Shown here: in pieces, positions 48,439-55,188 of the stretch | Numbering within the stretch: position 1 is the first letter of the stretch | Layout: each line of letters starts with the position of its first letter | DNA from: Thermotogaceae bacterium | GTDB lineage: Bacteria; Thermotogota; Thermotogae; B21-G9; HyVt-16 | Direction: 5' to 3' | Assembly (NCBI GenBank): GCA_029981435.1 | Contig: JARRBB010000006.1 | Coordinates: 1 to 55,188 of the forward strand | DNA length: 55,188 nucleotides | Position numbers and translations under genes: made by a program | The notes under the pieces: model-generated | Database searches by the model: none | What the model was told of the DNA's origin: nothing | The model's input: the letters and a program-made list of their open reading frames with translations, nothing else

Positions 48439-48618
48439 ATGAGCAGTGCGATGGATATGGCATCGAGGGAGATAATGAACATAGCGCAGCAGGTAGAAGA
48501 AATGACAAGAGCGGTGAAACAGCAGGTAGATTCAAGTAAGAATGTGAGGAGTTTAAGCGAAGATTTGAGTTCTATTGCTGAAATTTTGGCTGACCAAATC
48601 AAGAAATTCAAAATTTAA
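48439..48618 (+). pseudogene. Remnant of a methyl-accepting chemotaxis protein gene (C-terminal 59 codons only)
   Basis: MSSAMDMASREIMNIAQQVEEMTRAVKQQVDSSKNVRSLSEDLSSIAEILADQIKKFKI* matches the MCP signalling-domain C-terminus (…EELSS.AEEL…SKFKI). Stop codons in all frames upstream. Followed by a terminator. Confidence 0.5.
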
Positions 48619-48632
48619 ATCTCATTAATTGT

Positions 48633-48665
48633 AAAGAGGGCCAGTTTGGTGACCCTCTTTTTTTG
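48633..48665 (+). terminator. Intrinsic terminator
   Basis: AAGAGGGcc…gACCCTCTTTTTTTG. Confidence 0.65.
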
Positions 48666-48666
48666 T

Positions 48667-49422
48667 TCATAATTCCCTACTTAAAGCCTCGAGTTGAGGA
48701 AGATTACTTCCTGTTAACTCTAAGAATAGTTCCTCAAGACTTCCAGAGCCCTTCAACTTTTTGAGTTCATCAAGAGTACCAACGTACAGAAGTTTTCCTC
48801 TATTTATTATTCCAATACGGTCACAGAGTTTTTCGGCTATTTCCATAACGTGTGTTGAGAAAAAAACGGTCTTTCCACTATCAGCATGTTTGCGCATAAG
48901 TTTTTTGAGAATATAAGCTGATTCTGGATCCAGACCTATTATAGGCTCATCAAGTATCCATACGTCAGGCTCGTGAAGTAATGCAGCAATAAGCGTCAAT
49001 TTTTGTCTCATGCCGTGAGAATAAGTAGAAATTGGATCAGTTATCGAACTGGTCAATTTAAAACTTTCAAGAAGTTCGCCTATTCTTTTTGTTCTGAGTT
49101 CATAAGGAACTTCAAACACATCAGCTATGAATTTTAAATAATCTATCCCACGCAGTTTTTCCATTACCAGCGGTTCGTCTGCAACATACCCTATCATTTT
49201 TTTAGCTTTTTCAGGATAAAGATTGATATCAATATCGTTGATTTTTACTGTCCCTTCAGTTGGCTTCAAGAGTCCCACTATCATCTTTATGGTGGTCGTT
49301 TTACCAGCACCGTTAGGTCCGAGAAAACCAAATATTTCACCGTTTTCCACCGTAAGAGTTAGATTTTCCACTGCTCGGGTTGTACCAGAATAAATCTTGG
49401 TTACGTTTTCGAGTGTTATCAT
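48667..49422 (-). CDS. ABC transporter ATP-binding protein (ABC-2 type; YtrE-like)
   Basis: 251 aa; Walker A GPNGAGKTT, LSGG-like SHGMRQK, Walker B ILDEP. Confidence 0.9.
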   Translation of the reverse strand: MITLENVTKIYSGTTRAVENLTLTVENGEIFGFLGPNGAGKTTTIKMIVGLLKPTEGTVKINDIDINLYPEKAKKMIGYVADEPLVMEKLRGIDYLKFIADVFEVPYELRTKRIGELLESFKLTSSITDPISTYSHGMRQKLTLIAALLHEPDVWILDEPIIGLDPESAYILKKLMRKHADSGKTVFFSTHVMEIAEKLCDRIGIINRGKLLYVGTLDELKKLKGSGSLEELFLELTGSNLPQLEALSREL

Positions 49423-49455
49423 TTTATTTTCACCTGCCTGTTATTTAATCTTGTT

Positions 49456-51141
49456 CTATAAATCCCTTTCAAAAAGGTTTCTAACAACTTTTAAAAGAAT
49501 TCTCCAAAGATACACAGAGGAAAAGAAACCTATCAGGATGAGTAACAAAGCCCAGATAGCAGGAGATAGTATCTCTTTTGATAAATATACAAGGTATCCA
49601 ACGCCACCTGTGAAACCGAATACTATGGGTATCGAGAGGGCTACATTTAAATTCTGTTTCATAGCCCTTTGTGGATTGTCCCAATCAAGAACAGGGCGAA
49701 TTCCATCTATTATCATTTGCACCATGTTTAAAAAGTTTGTACAAGCAAACGCTCCAAAGAATATCAATAGTGCTTCAAAAAGATTTATTTTCATCAGTAT
49801 ATAAAGTGCTATTATTGATGATAAAATACCTATTACACTCACACTATTTACATGGATAAACTTCGTTTGAGTGATCAGTTTAACAGATACAGGTAACATT
49901 TTGAGCTCATTCAACAGTTTACCTTCTCTACTGAATGCAGATGAAGCAAGTGTACTCATAGAAGCAGCTAAAGTTGACAAAAGTATTCCAAAAGGCACAA
50001 TGAAATCCCTGTAAGATTCTAGAAAAATCATTATTTGGGTAAATTCTGGTGAATTTTTAAAACCAGCAAACATTATCAGAAGGACTGGAAATATTACCAC
50101 CGATGCAAGACCGTTGAAAGCAAACGATGGAACTTTTAAAAAATATCTCCACTCTCTAACTATCAAAGCTTTTTTCAAACTTGAAACCTTAAGGCCTTTT
50201 TTCAGCTCATCTGGTTTTATTTTCTCTTTTTTCGCATAGAATTCCTGTAATTCTAAGTAGGTTTGATAGTAGAATTTCTCACCGAGAAAAATTGTTAAAT
50301 AAAAGGCTCCAATATTGAAACCAACATACAGAAGAATCCACGAAAATCCCTTAATTCCACTTGAAACAAGCGCTTTAGTGGCTAAGAAGGCCGGAAAATA
50401 TATCGTGGTGAATCTGCTTAAGAATCCATCTGGATTACTCAACAATTTCAAAAACTGTTCTTCAGTATAACCTTCAAAAACCAATCTGTTAGTGTAGCTC
50501 ACAAAAAGAAGAGAAAGAATCAGAACAACAATTCCTGCTAATAAAATCATGAAATCCCTGTTCTTTTTAAACTTTAGAATCCTGGATAGAGGTAATATTA
50601 TTATCATTATTAGCGAAATAGGGAAAATCTGTGACATCGAAAAGACTAATATAGAATTTATCCAGTAGAGTAAATTTGCCTGTGATTTTACACCATAATA
50701 TATCTCAAAAGGTAGCAGCAAGATCACGGAAGCCAGAATTTGAAATATCAATACTTCGGATATTTTACCAAATACAACTTCTTTAGCTTTAATCGGTAGT
50801 GGGAAAAGAACTTCCACATTTTTTGAGAAAAACAGGCTGTTTATCGTTAAGAAAATGCCTGTGAAAAGTCCAAAAAGTCCAGCGAGGGTAACGGAATTCG
50901 CTAAAAACAGATTTTTTATCCCCAGCATTTCATACTGCCTGAAAAGTCCTGATATCAACTTTAAGTACAAGGGACCCACTGAAACAGCAAGAGTAACAAT
51001 CGAAGATAATATCAGAAAAAATTCCCATAATCTTTGTTTTTTTTGAAAATAAAGATAATTTCTGTAGGAAAAACCGTAAGTTGAATCAATCATAATCCAG
51101 GAGATTTTCAACAATCTTTTCAATCCTTTTATTTTTATCAC
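49456..51141 (-). CDS. Large polytopic membrane protein, putative ABC-2 exporter permease
   Basis: 561 aa, >12 predicted hydrophobic helices; sits between two ABC genes. Confidence 0.6.
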   Translation of the reverse strand: MIKIKGLKRLLKISWIMIDSTYGFSYRNYLYFQKKQRLWEFFLILSSIVTLAVSVGPLYLKLISGLFRQYEMLGIKNLFLANSVTLAGLFGLFTGIFLTINSLFFSKNVEVLFPLPIKAKEVVFGKISEVLIFQILASVILLLPFEIYYGVKSQANLLYWINSILVFSMSQIFPISLIMIIILPLSRILKFKKNRDFMILLAGIVVLILSLLFVSYTNRLVFEGYTEEQFLKLLSNPDGFLSRFTTIYFPAFLATKALVSSGIKGFSWILLYVGFNIGAFYLTIFLGEKFYYQTYLELQEFYAKKEKIKPDELKKGLKVSSLKKALIVREWRYFLKVPSFAFNGLASVVIFPVLLIMFAGFKNSPEFTQIMIFLESYRDFIVPFGILLSTLAASMSTLASSAFSREGKLLNELKMLPVSVKLITQTKFIHVNSVSVIGILSSIIALYILMKINLFEALLIFFGAFACTNFLNMVQMIIDGIRPVLDWDNPQRAMKQNLNVALSIPIVFGFTGGVGYLVYLSKEILSPAIWALLLILIGFFSSVYLWRILLKVVRNLFERDL

Positions 51142-51149
51142 CCACCTTT

Positions 51150-51923
51150 TTAAAACTCTCTGTTTTTAAAAATAGAGTAATCAGCAATTATTAGTAAGAT
51201 AGTAACGAAAATCAACCCAAAGGTATAGATCCAGTTGATTCCCTTGTCTAAAATTTGCACACACAGGATATACGGGTATGGATTCAAAAAACTCAAAGAA
51301 TCTATAAGTCCAAGAATGGGCAAACCAATCAATACAACTATACCAGCTATAACAGGTTTCACCTGATCATTGCTGATGATTGAAAACATTAAAAACAGTA
51401 CGAAGAAGAATGTGACACCTACTATTTCACTTAAAAGACAGGGAAACAAATATTTGAAACTTACAGAATAACCAAAAAGTTTCATAGTAAAGAACCCCAT
51501 GATTGATAAAAATATTGTGATCGATAAAAGTACCAATAAACCAGTAATGAACTTTATCTTGAAAACAGTTTTACGTTCTTTTTTTGCAAGTAGAAAATAA
51601 ATAGTTTTCTTTTCGTTTTCCTTGGAAAATATTGGAAAAGCTATCAAAAGTGAAAGCAATGGTAAGAACTGTCCAAAATTTTTTCCATGCCATTGAGTTA
51701 TCAGATAATATTCATCGTCTTTTAGCCGTGTTAATTGCTCTGGAGAACCCATTATTTTTTTAATAAATTCTGGTAATTTTTCAAATTCACTGATCAACTG
51801 ATCAAACATAGTTTCTGTGTAAGGTCTGAGAGCTATCGTTACAACAAGAGACGCGAATAACAACAAGAGAATTATAAGACTCCTTAGCTTCATATCGTTC
51901 AATTCTTTAATAAACATTGTCAT
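51150..51923 (-). CDS. ABC-2 family transporter permease
   Basis: 257 aa, 6 hydrophobic helices. Confidence 0.7.
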   Translation of the reverse strand: MTMFIKELNDMKLRSLIILLLLFASLVVTIALRPYTETMFDQLISEFEKLPEFIKKIMGSPEQLTRLKDDEYYLITQWHGKNFGQFLPLLSLLIAFPIFSKENEKKTIYFLLAKKERKTVFKIKFITGLLVLLSITIFLSIMGFFTMKLFGYSVSFKYLFPCLLSEIVGVTFFFVLFLMFSIISNDQVKPVIAGIVVLIGLPILGLIDSLSFLNPYPYILCVQILDKGINWIYTFGLIFVTILLIIADYSIFKNREF

Positions 51924-52776
51924 ACCCCCTGATTAAAACATTGAAAAATTCCTCTAAATTAACATCTTTTACTTCAGCGTCCTCGATTTCCATCATCTCT
52001 TCCCATTGTTTTTCTTCATTTGATAGTAAGAGAACAACTTCATTTTCTTGCATCACACTGAAGAAATTCTGTAAGTTAATCTCCAGTTTGCTTAGAGTAT
52101 CAACTGGTATGTAGATTACTTTAAATTTTTCTTTTATTTCATCCGTAAACCCTGAATAAAGAATTTTACCCTTGTACATTATAGATACATAGTCAGCTAT
52201 TTTCTCCACCTCTGGAATTATATGGGAAGAATAAAGTATGGTTTTACCGTCAATCACTTTCTGCCTTAAAAGTTCGAGTAAATTCGATCTTTTTATTGGA
52301 TCCAGTCCAGTTGTAGGTTCATCGAATATGTACAAATCAACATCTTGAGCAAGTGCCAGAGTTAGATAAACAGATGTTTTCATTCCATTAGAAAAGGATT
52401 TGATCTTTTTATTCAGAGGGATTTCAAAATATTCTAAAAGTCTGTAAGCCTCTTTTTCGTCGAAATTTTTAAACAGTCTTTTGCACATATTCACAGAACT
52501 TCGGGGAGTGAGGTAATCGTAGAAACTTTTTTCTTCTGGAACGAAGGCAATTCTGTCTCTAACTTTATCTATATTCTCACCTAGAACTTTTATTTCTCCT
52601 TCAAACTTTATTAAACCCAGTATTGACTTTATTGTAGAAGTCTTTCCTGCACCATTGGGTCCCAAAAGTGCGTGTACAAATTGCTCCTTAACAGTTAAAT
52701 CTATACCTCTAATAGCTTGTACACCATTGGAGTACACTTTTTGAAGATTTTTGATACTGATCACTTCTTTTTCCAT
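51907..52776 (-). CDS. ABC transporter ATP-binding protein (YtrB-like)
   Basis: 289 aa; Walker A GPNGAGKTS, signature SNGMKTS, Walker B IFDEP. Confidence 0.9.
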   Translation of the reverse strand: MEKEVISIKNLQKVYSNGVQAIRGIDLTVKEQFVHALLGPNGAGKTSTIKSILGLIKFEGEIKVLGENIDKVRDRIAFVPEEKSFYDYLTPRSSVNMCKRLFKNFDEKEAYRLLEYFEIPLNKKIKSFSNGMKTSVYLTLALAQDVDLYIFDEPTTGLDPIKRSNLLELLRQKVIDGKTILYSSHIIPEVEKIADYVSIMYKGKILYSGFTDEIKEKFKVIYIPVDTLSKLEINLQNFFSVMQENEVVLLLSNEEKQWEEMMEIEDAEVKDVNLEEFFNVLIRGYDNVY

Positions 52777-53135
52777 ATTTCTTTTATCACCTCCATGACC
52801 TCATCAACGTTAAAACCAATTTTTTTCAATCTTATAGCTTCTCCAGAAATTTTTCTTGCAAAATCCTTAAGTATAAGTTCTCTGATCTCAGATTTACCCT
52901 TCAAAACAAGATAACCGATTCCCTGCTTTGCGATTATTATTCCTTCTGATTCAAGAGCTTTATAAGCTCTTACTACAGTGTTTGGATTCACCTTCAAACT
53001 GGATGCAAGTTCTCGTATAGAAGGAAGGATATCTCCCTCTTTTAATACTCCTTTTAAAATTGATTCCTTTATTCCCATTTTTATCTGTTCATTTAAAGAT
53101 AATGGAGAGCGAATGTCGATTTTAAACCACATCAA
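52761..53135 (-). CDS. GntR-family transcriptional regulator, YtrA subfamily
   Basis: 124 aa; wHTH (LPSIRELASSLKVNPNTVVRAYKALESEGII) plus a short C-terminal dimerisation region. Overlaps the downstream ABC gene by 16 nt. Confidence 0.88.
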   Translation of the reverse strand: MMWFKIDIRSPLSLNEQIKMGIKESILKGVLKEGDILPSIRELASSLKVNPNTVVRAYKALESEGIIIAKQGIGYLVLKGKSEIRELILKDFARKISGEAIRLKKIGFNVDEVMEVIKEIWKKK

Positions 53136-53146
53136 TTGTCACCTTC

Positions 53147-53173
53147 TAACAGTTCTTACTGTACTATATCATA
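53147..53173. promoter_or_regulatory. Candidate YtrA-type operator: 10-bp inverted repeat overlapping the -10 region of the gntR-ABC operon
   Basis: TACTGTACTA-tatcata-TAATACAGTA (9/10 symmetric), 12-40 nt upstream of the gntR start. Confidence 0.5.
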
Positions 53174-53189
53174 TAATACAGTAAAAATC

Positions 53190-53218
53190 AATCCAAATAA
53201 AAATGGGACGTATAAATA
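53190..53218 (-). terminator. Intrinsic terminator of the upstream ABC-2 operon
   Basis: AAATGGGACGTAtaaaTACGTCCCATTT; the minus strand is followed by UUUUAUUU. Confidence 0.75.
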
Positions 53219-53232
53219 CGTCCCATTTCTTA

Positions 53233-54069
53233 TTATCCGTTTCTTTTCAAAAGTCCTTTTTTCTTGGCATAATTTTCCATCTTTGAAAACATGTATAGAC
53301 CTGTGGGAAGCAATACAAAACCTAAAATCAAGAGTGGAAGAGTCATGCTCCATAGTTCACCAAGTCGTGCTCCATGTAATATAGATGCCCTCATCCCTTT
53401 CAAAGCATAAGTTGCTGGTGAAAGCTTTGCTATTTGCTGCATCCAATATGGTAAGACTTCGACCTCGTAATAAACACCAGAAAACATCAAAATCAATGCT
53501 TGAACTATGTGAACAACCTGTTCACCCTTTTCAGGACTTATTAAAGGTAAAATAGCGGCCATCATCCCCAATCCTATAAACGAAAAGCTTGCGGCACCAA
53601 GTATTACCAGAGTAGCCCATAAATTCGCTTTTGATAAATCAAGATTGAAAAAGAAAGAGAGTATAAAAAGTATTGCACCACTTCTCAGTATCCCATATAT
53701 TACACTGAAAGCACAGGTACTGAGTAGATGTGTTGCCCTTCTTATAGGTGCCATAAATGTGTATTCTATAGTCTCTTCCCAACGTTCCCATGCAACTGTT
53801 TCAGCAATGACTTCAAATAAAATCGACAAATACCCCCAGAGTATGGAACCTATCAACATGTAAAGTATCAGGTACGAAGTATCAAATTTGGCGTTTCCAA
53901 AACTTTCTATTCCTTTTCCAATGAATCCCATAGTTACACTGTTAGCAACAGTATAAGCGAAGAAAACAAGCTCCCATTTCCAGTATCTTTTAATTAAATT
54001 GAAATTTCTTTCTATGAAAGCCATACTTGCTCGAAATTCTCGTTTCACTTTTCTAAAAATATATTCCAC
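53233..54069 (-). CDS. ABC-2 type transporter permease
   Basis: 278 aa, 6 TM. 15-nt gap to the upstream ATPase gene. Confidence 0.8.
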   Translation of the reverse strand: MEYIFRKVKREFRASMAFIERNFNLIKRYWKWELVFFAYTVANSVTMGFIGKGIESFGNAKFDTSYLILYMLIGSILWGYLSILFEVIAETVAWERWEETIEYTFMAPIRRATHLLSTCAFSVIYGILRSGAILFILSFFFNLDLSKANLWATLVILGAASFSFIGLGMMAAILPLISPEKGEQVVHIVQALILMFSGVYYEVEVLPYWMQQIAKLSPATYALKGMRASILHGARLGELWSMTLPLLILGFVLLPTGLYMFSKMENYAKKKGLLKRNG

Positions 54070-54084
54070 AGTACTTCCCTCCCA

Positions 54085-54888
54085 TCAATTAATAGCTTCT
54101 TCCATCTCCACCTCTTCGAATTTATAACCTGTGAAATACAAAAACACATCTTCGAGTGTGATATTTTTCTTGTGGTTTGCAGCAATGTCTTTAAGTTCCT
54201 GTGGCTTACCTGAGGCAACTATTTTTCCTTTATAAATAATCGCCACTTCGTCACATAATTTTTCAGCTTCAACCATATCATGAGTTGTGAGCAGTATGGT
54301 AGTACCAGCTTTGCGCAAATTAATTATAAATTTCTGAACTTCCAATTTTGCTCTGGGATCAAGTCCTGTGGTTGGTTCGTCTAAAAGAAGTAATCTTGGT
54401 TGTGTTAAAAATGCTCTTATTAAAGCTACTTTTTGTTGCATACCTCTCGAGAAATCTTCAAGAGGTTCATTGAGTCTTTTAATATCCAGCGCCAGCTTCT
54501 GTGCTATTTCGTAGATCCTCTGTTTAGCAACTTTTCGAGAAATACCGTATATTCCAGCCACAAAAAGTAGGTTTTCAATAGCAGAAAGTTTTTTGAAAAA
54601 GCTGGCTTCAGCGGATACGCGATTTATAAACTCTCTAACTTTCAGGTGATCTTTTATGGCATCAAATCCAAATACTTTCACTTTTCCCGTATCTGGTATA
54701 AGCAATGTCGAAATTATTCTTATCAGCGTGGATTTTCCAGAACCGTTCGGACCAAGAACGCCGTAAATCTGTCCTTTCTTAACTTTAAATGAAACATCTT
54801 CAAGAGCCTTCACAACTGTCTTACCTTTTTTGAAAATCTTGCTGATATGTTCAACTTCTAATGCAAAAGAAATTCTTTCTTGATTCAT
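54085..54888 (-). CDS. ABC transporter ATP-binding protein (DrrA/ABC-2 type)
   Basis: 267 aa; Walker A GPNGSGKST, signature SRGMQQK, Walker B LLDEP. RBS GGGGGTGAG. Confidence 0.9.
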   Translation of the reverse strand: MNQERISFALEVEHISKIFKKGKTVVKALEDVSFKVKKGQIYGVLGPNGSGKSTLIRIISTLLIPDTGKVKVFGFDAIKDHLKVREFINRVSAEASFFKKLSAIENLLFVAGIYGISRKVAKQRIYEIAQKLALDIKRLNEPLEDFSRGMQQKVALIRAFLTQPRLLLLDEPTTGLDPRAKLEVQKFIINLRKAGTTILLTTHDMVEAEKLCDEVAIIYKGKIVASGKPQELKDIAANHKKNITLEDVFLYFTGYKFEEVEMEEAIN

Positions 54889-54909
54889 GTCTACTCACCC
54901 CCAAATAAA

Positions 54910-54937
54910 AAGGCCGTGGATAATATCCACGGCCTTC
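54910..54937 (-). terminator. Leader terminator (attenuator) directly upstream of the ABC-2 ATPase RBS
   Basis: Minus-strand RNA AAGGCCGUGGAuauuaUCCACGGCCUUUUUAUUUGG then GGGGGUGAGuagacAUG. Confidence 0.7.
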
Positions 54938-54957
54938 ATTTATAACTGCAAAAATCG

Positions 54958-55065
54958 TCAGCGATTGTGAATCAAAGAAAATCTTCCCGGGCCGTGGACA
55001 GAGCAGAATAACCCCACCGAATTTTCAATGCTTATTGATAAAAGTCTGAATAAAATTCTAAACAC
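54958..55065 (-). CDS. Candidate 35-codon leader peptide ORF overlapping the attenuator (GTG start, RBS AAGGGGG)
   Basis: GTG at 55063-55065 lies 8 nt after AAGGGGG. It encodes (M)FRILFRLLSISIENSVGLFCSVHGPGRFSLIHNR*. The ORF spans attenuator segments A to B and stops ~20 nt before the terminator. Confidence 0.35.
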   Translation of the reverse strand: MFRILFRLLSISIENSVGLFCSVHGPGRFSLIHNR

Positions 55066-55188
55066 TCTGTCCACCCCCTTGATGATTCGTGATTCTGTTA
55101 ACTAAAAGTATTGAAAACTATCAAAAACTTCATTATTCTTAAAATAGGGGACACCCCCCTACAACATCTTGTAAAGGAGGTATCCCAA

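Noticed and set aside
48350-48611. Two minus-strand ORFs (61 and 66 aa) from the ORF track
   Set aside because: Antisense to the plus-strand MCP-remnant ORF that has clear homology to chemoreceptor C-termini; no RBS.
55055-55080. T-box-like motif (AAGGGGGTGGAC resembles T-box GGGTGGNACC)
   Set aside because: Lacks the CGCG part of the T-box consensus, no specifier-loop/stem-I architecture, leader only ~180 nt, and the downstream gene is an ABC-2 exporter rather than an aaRS or amino-acid gene.
1-55188. CRISPR arrays, rRNA/tRNA genes, IS elements/transposases
   Set aside because: No regularly spaced direct repeats, no rRNA/tRNA-like conserved blocks, no transposase/integrase-like ORFs or terminal inverted repeats detected by eye across the window.

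Overview
Low-GC, gene-dense window from a Thermotogota-like genome. Evidence for the phylum: encapsulin+Flp, Sir2Tm-like sirtuin, NiaR, three tandem M42 peptidases next to minC, and a galK-galT-galA-GH2 cluster all match Thermotoga-type proteins; the genus is uncertain (Thermosipho- or Fervidobacterium-like base composition). The ORF track calls TTG/GTG starts as M, so several starts were re-placed using GGAGG-type RBSs. Most genes are on the minus strand in long operons.

Contents, left to right:
- GH3 C-terminal fragment, xylose isomerase, a CAP/YkwD-like secreted protein.
- A family-1 encapsulin nanocompartment operon (ferritin-like Flp cargo overlapping the shell gene).
- Two hypothetical membrane proteins flanking a canonical sirtuin.
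- A BMP-family nucleoside ABC importer operon preceded by a guanine riboswitch (aptamer plus terminator/antiterminator expression platform) that I can read directly in the sequence, then purB.
- A membrane protein plus SARP/BTAD-type regulator pair, and an M18 aminopeptidase.
- A ribose-type sugar ABC operon with a TIM-barrel isomerase/epimerase.
- gltX-cysS, then the phoH-pgpH-ybeY operon.
- A large Ig-like lipoprotein.
- A galactoside utilisation cluster (GH2, GH36 alpha-galactosidase, galT, galK).
- A lipoprotein gene split by an in-frame TAG.
- A cell-envelope cluster: minC, three M42 peptidases, a DHQS-like protein, a SPOR protein, a radical SAM protein, murB and a Gfo/Idh/MocA oxidoreductase.
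- A frameshifted transaldolase.
- niaR with an MFS (NiaP-like) transporter, and a 59-aa chemoreceptor (MCP) C-terminal remnant.
- A YtrA-type GntR regulator with ABC-2 transporter genes and a palindromic operator.
- A second ABC-2 exporter whose leader carries a three-stem attenuator and an overlapping 35-codon leader ORF.

No CRISPR arrays, rRNA, tRNA or obvious mobile elements were seen. The most novel-looking items are the ABC-2 leader attenuator, the in-frame-stop lipoprotein, the SARP-like regulator pair and the DHQS-like envelope protein. The guanine riboswitch is a known class but is clearly present and readable.
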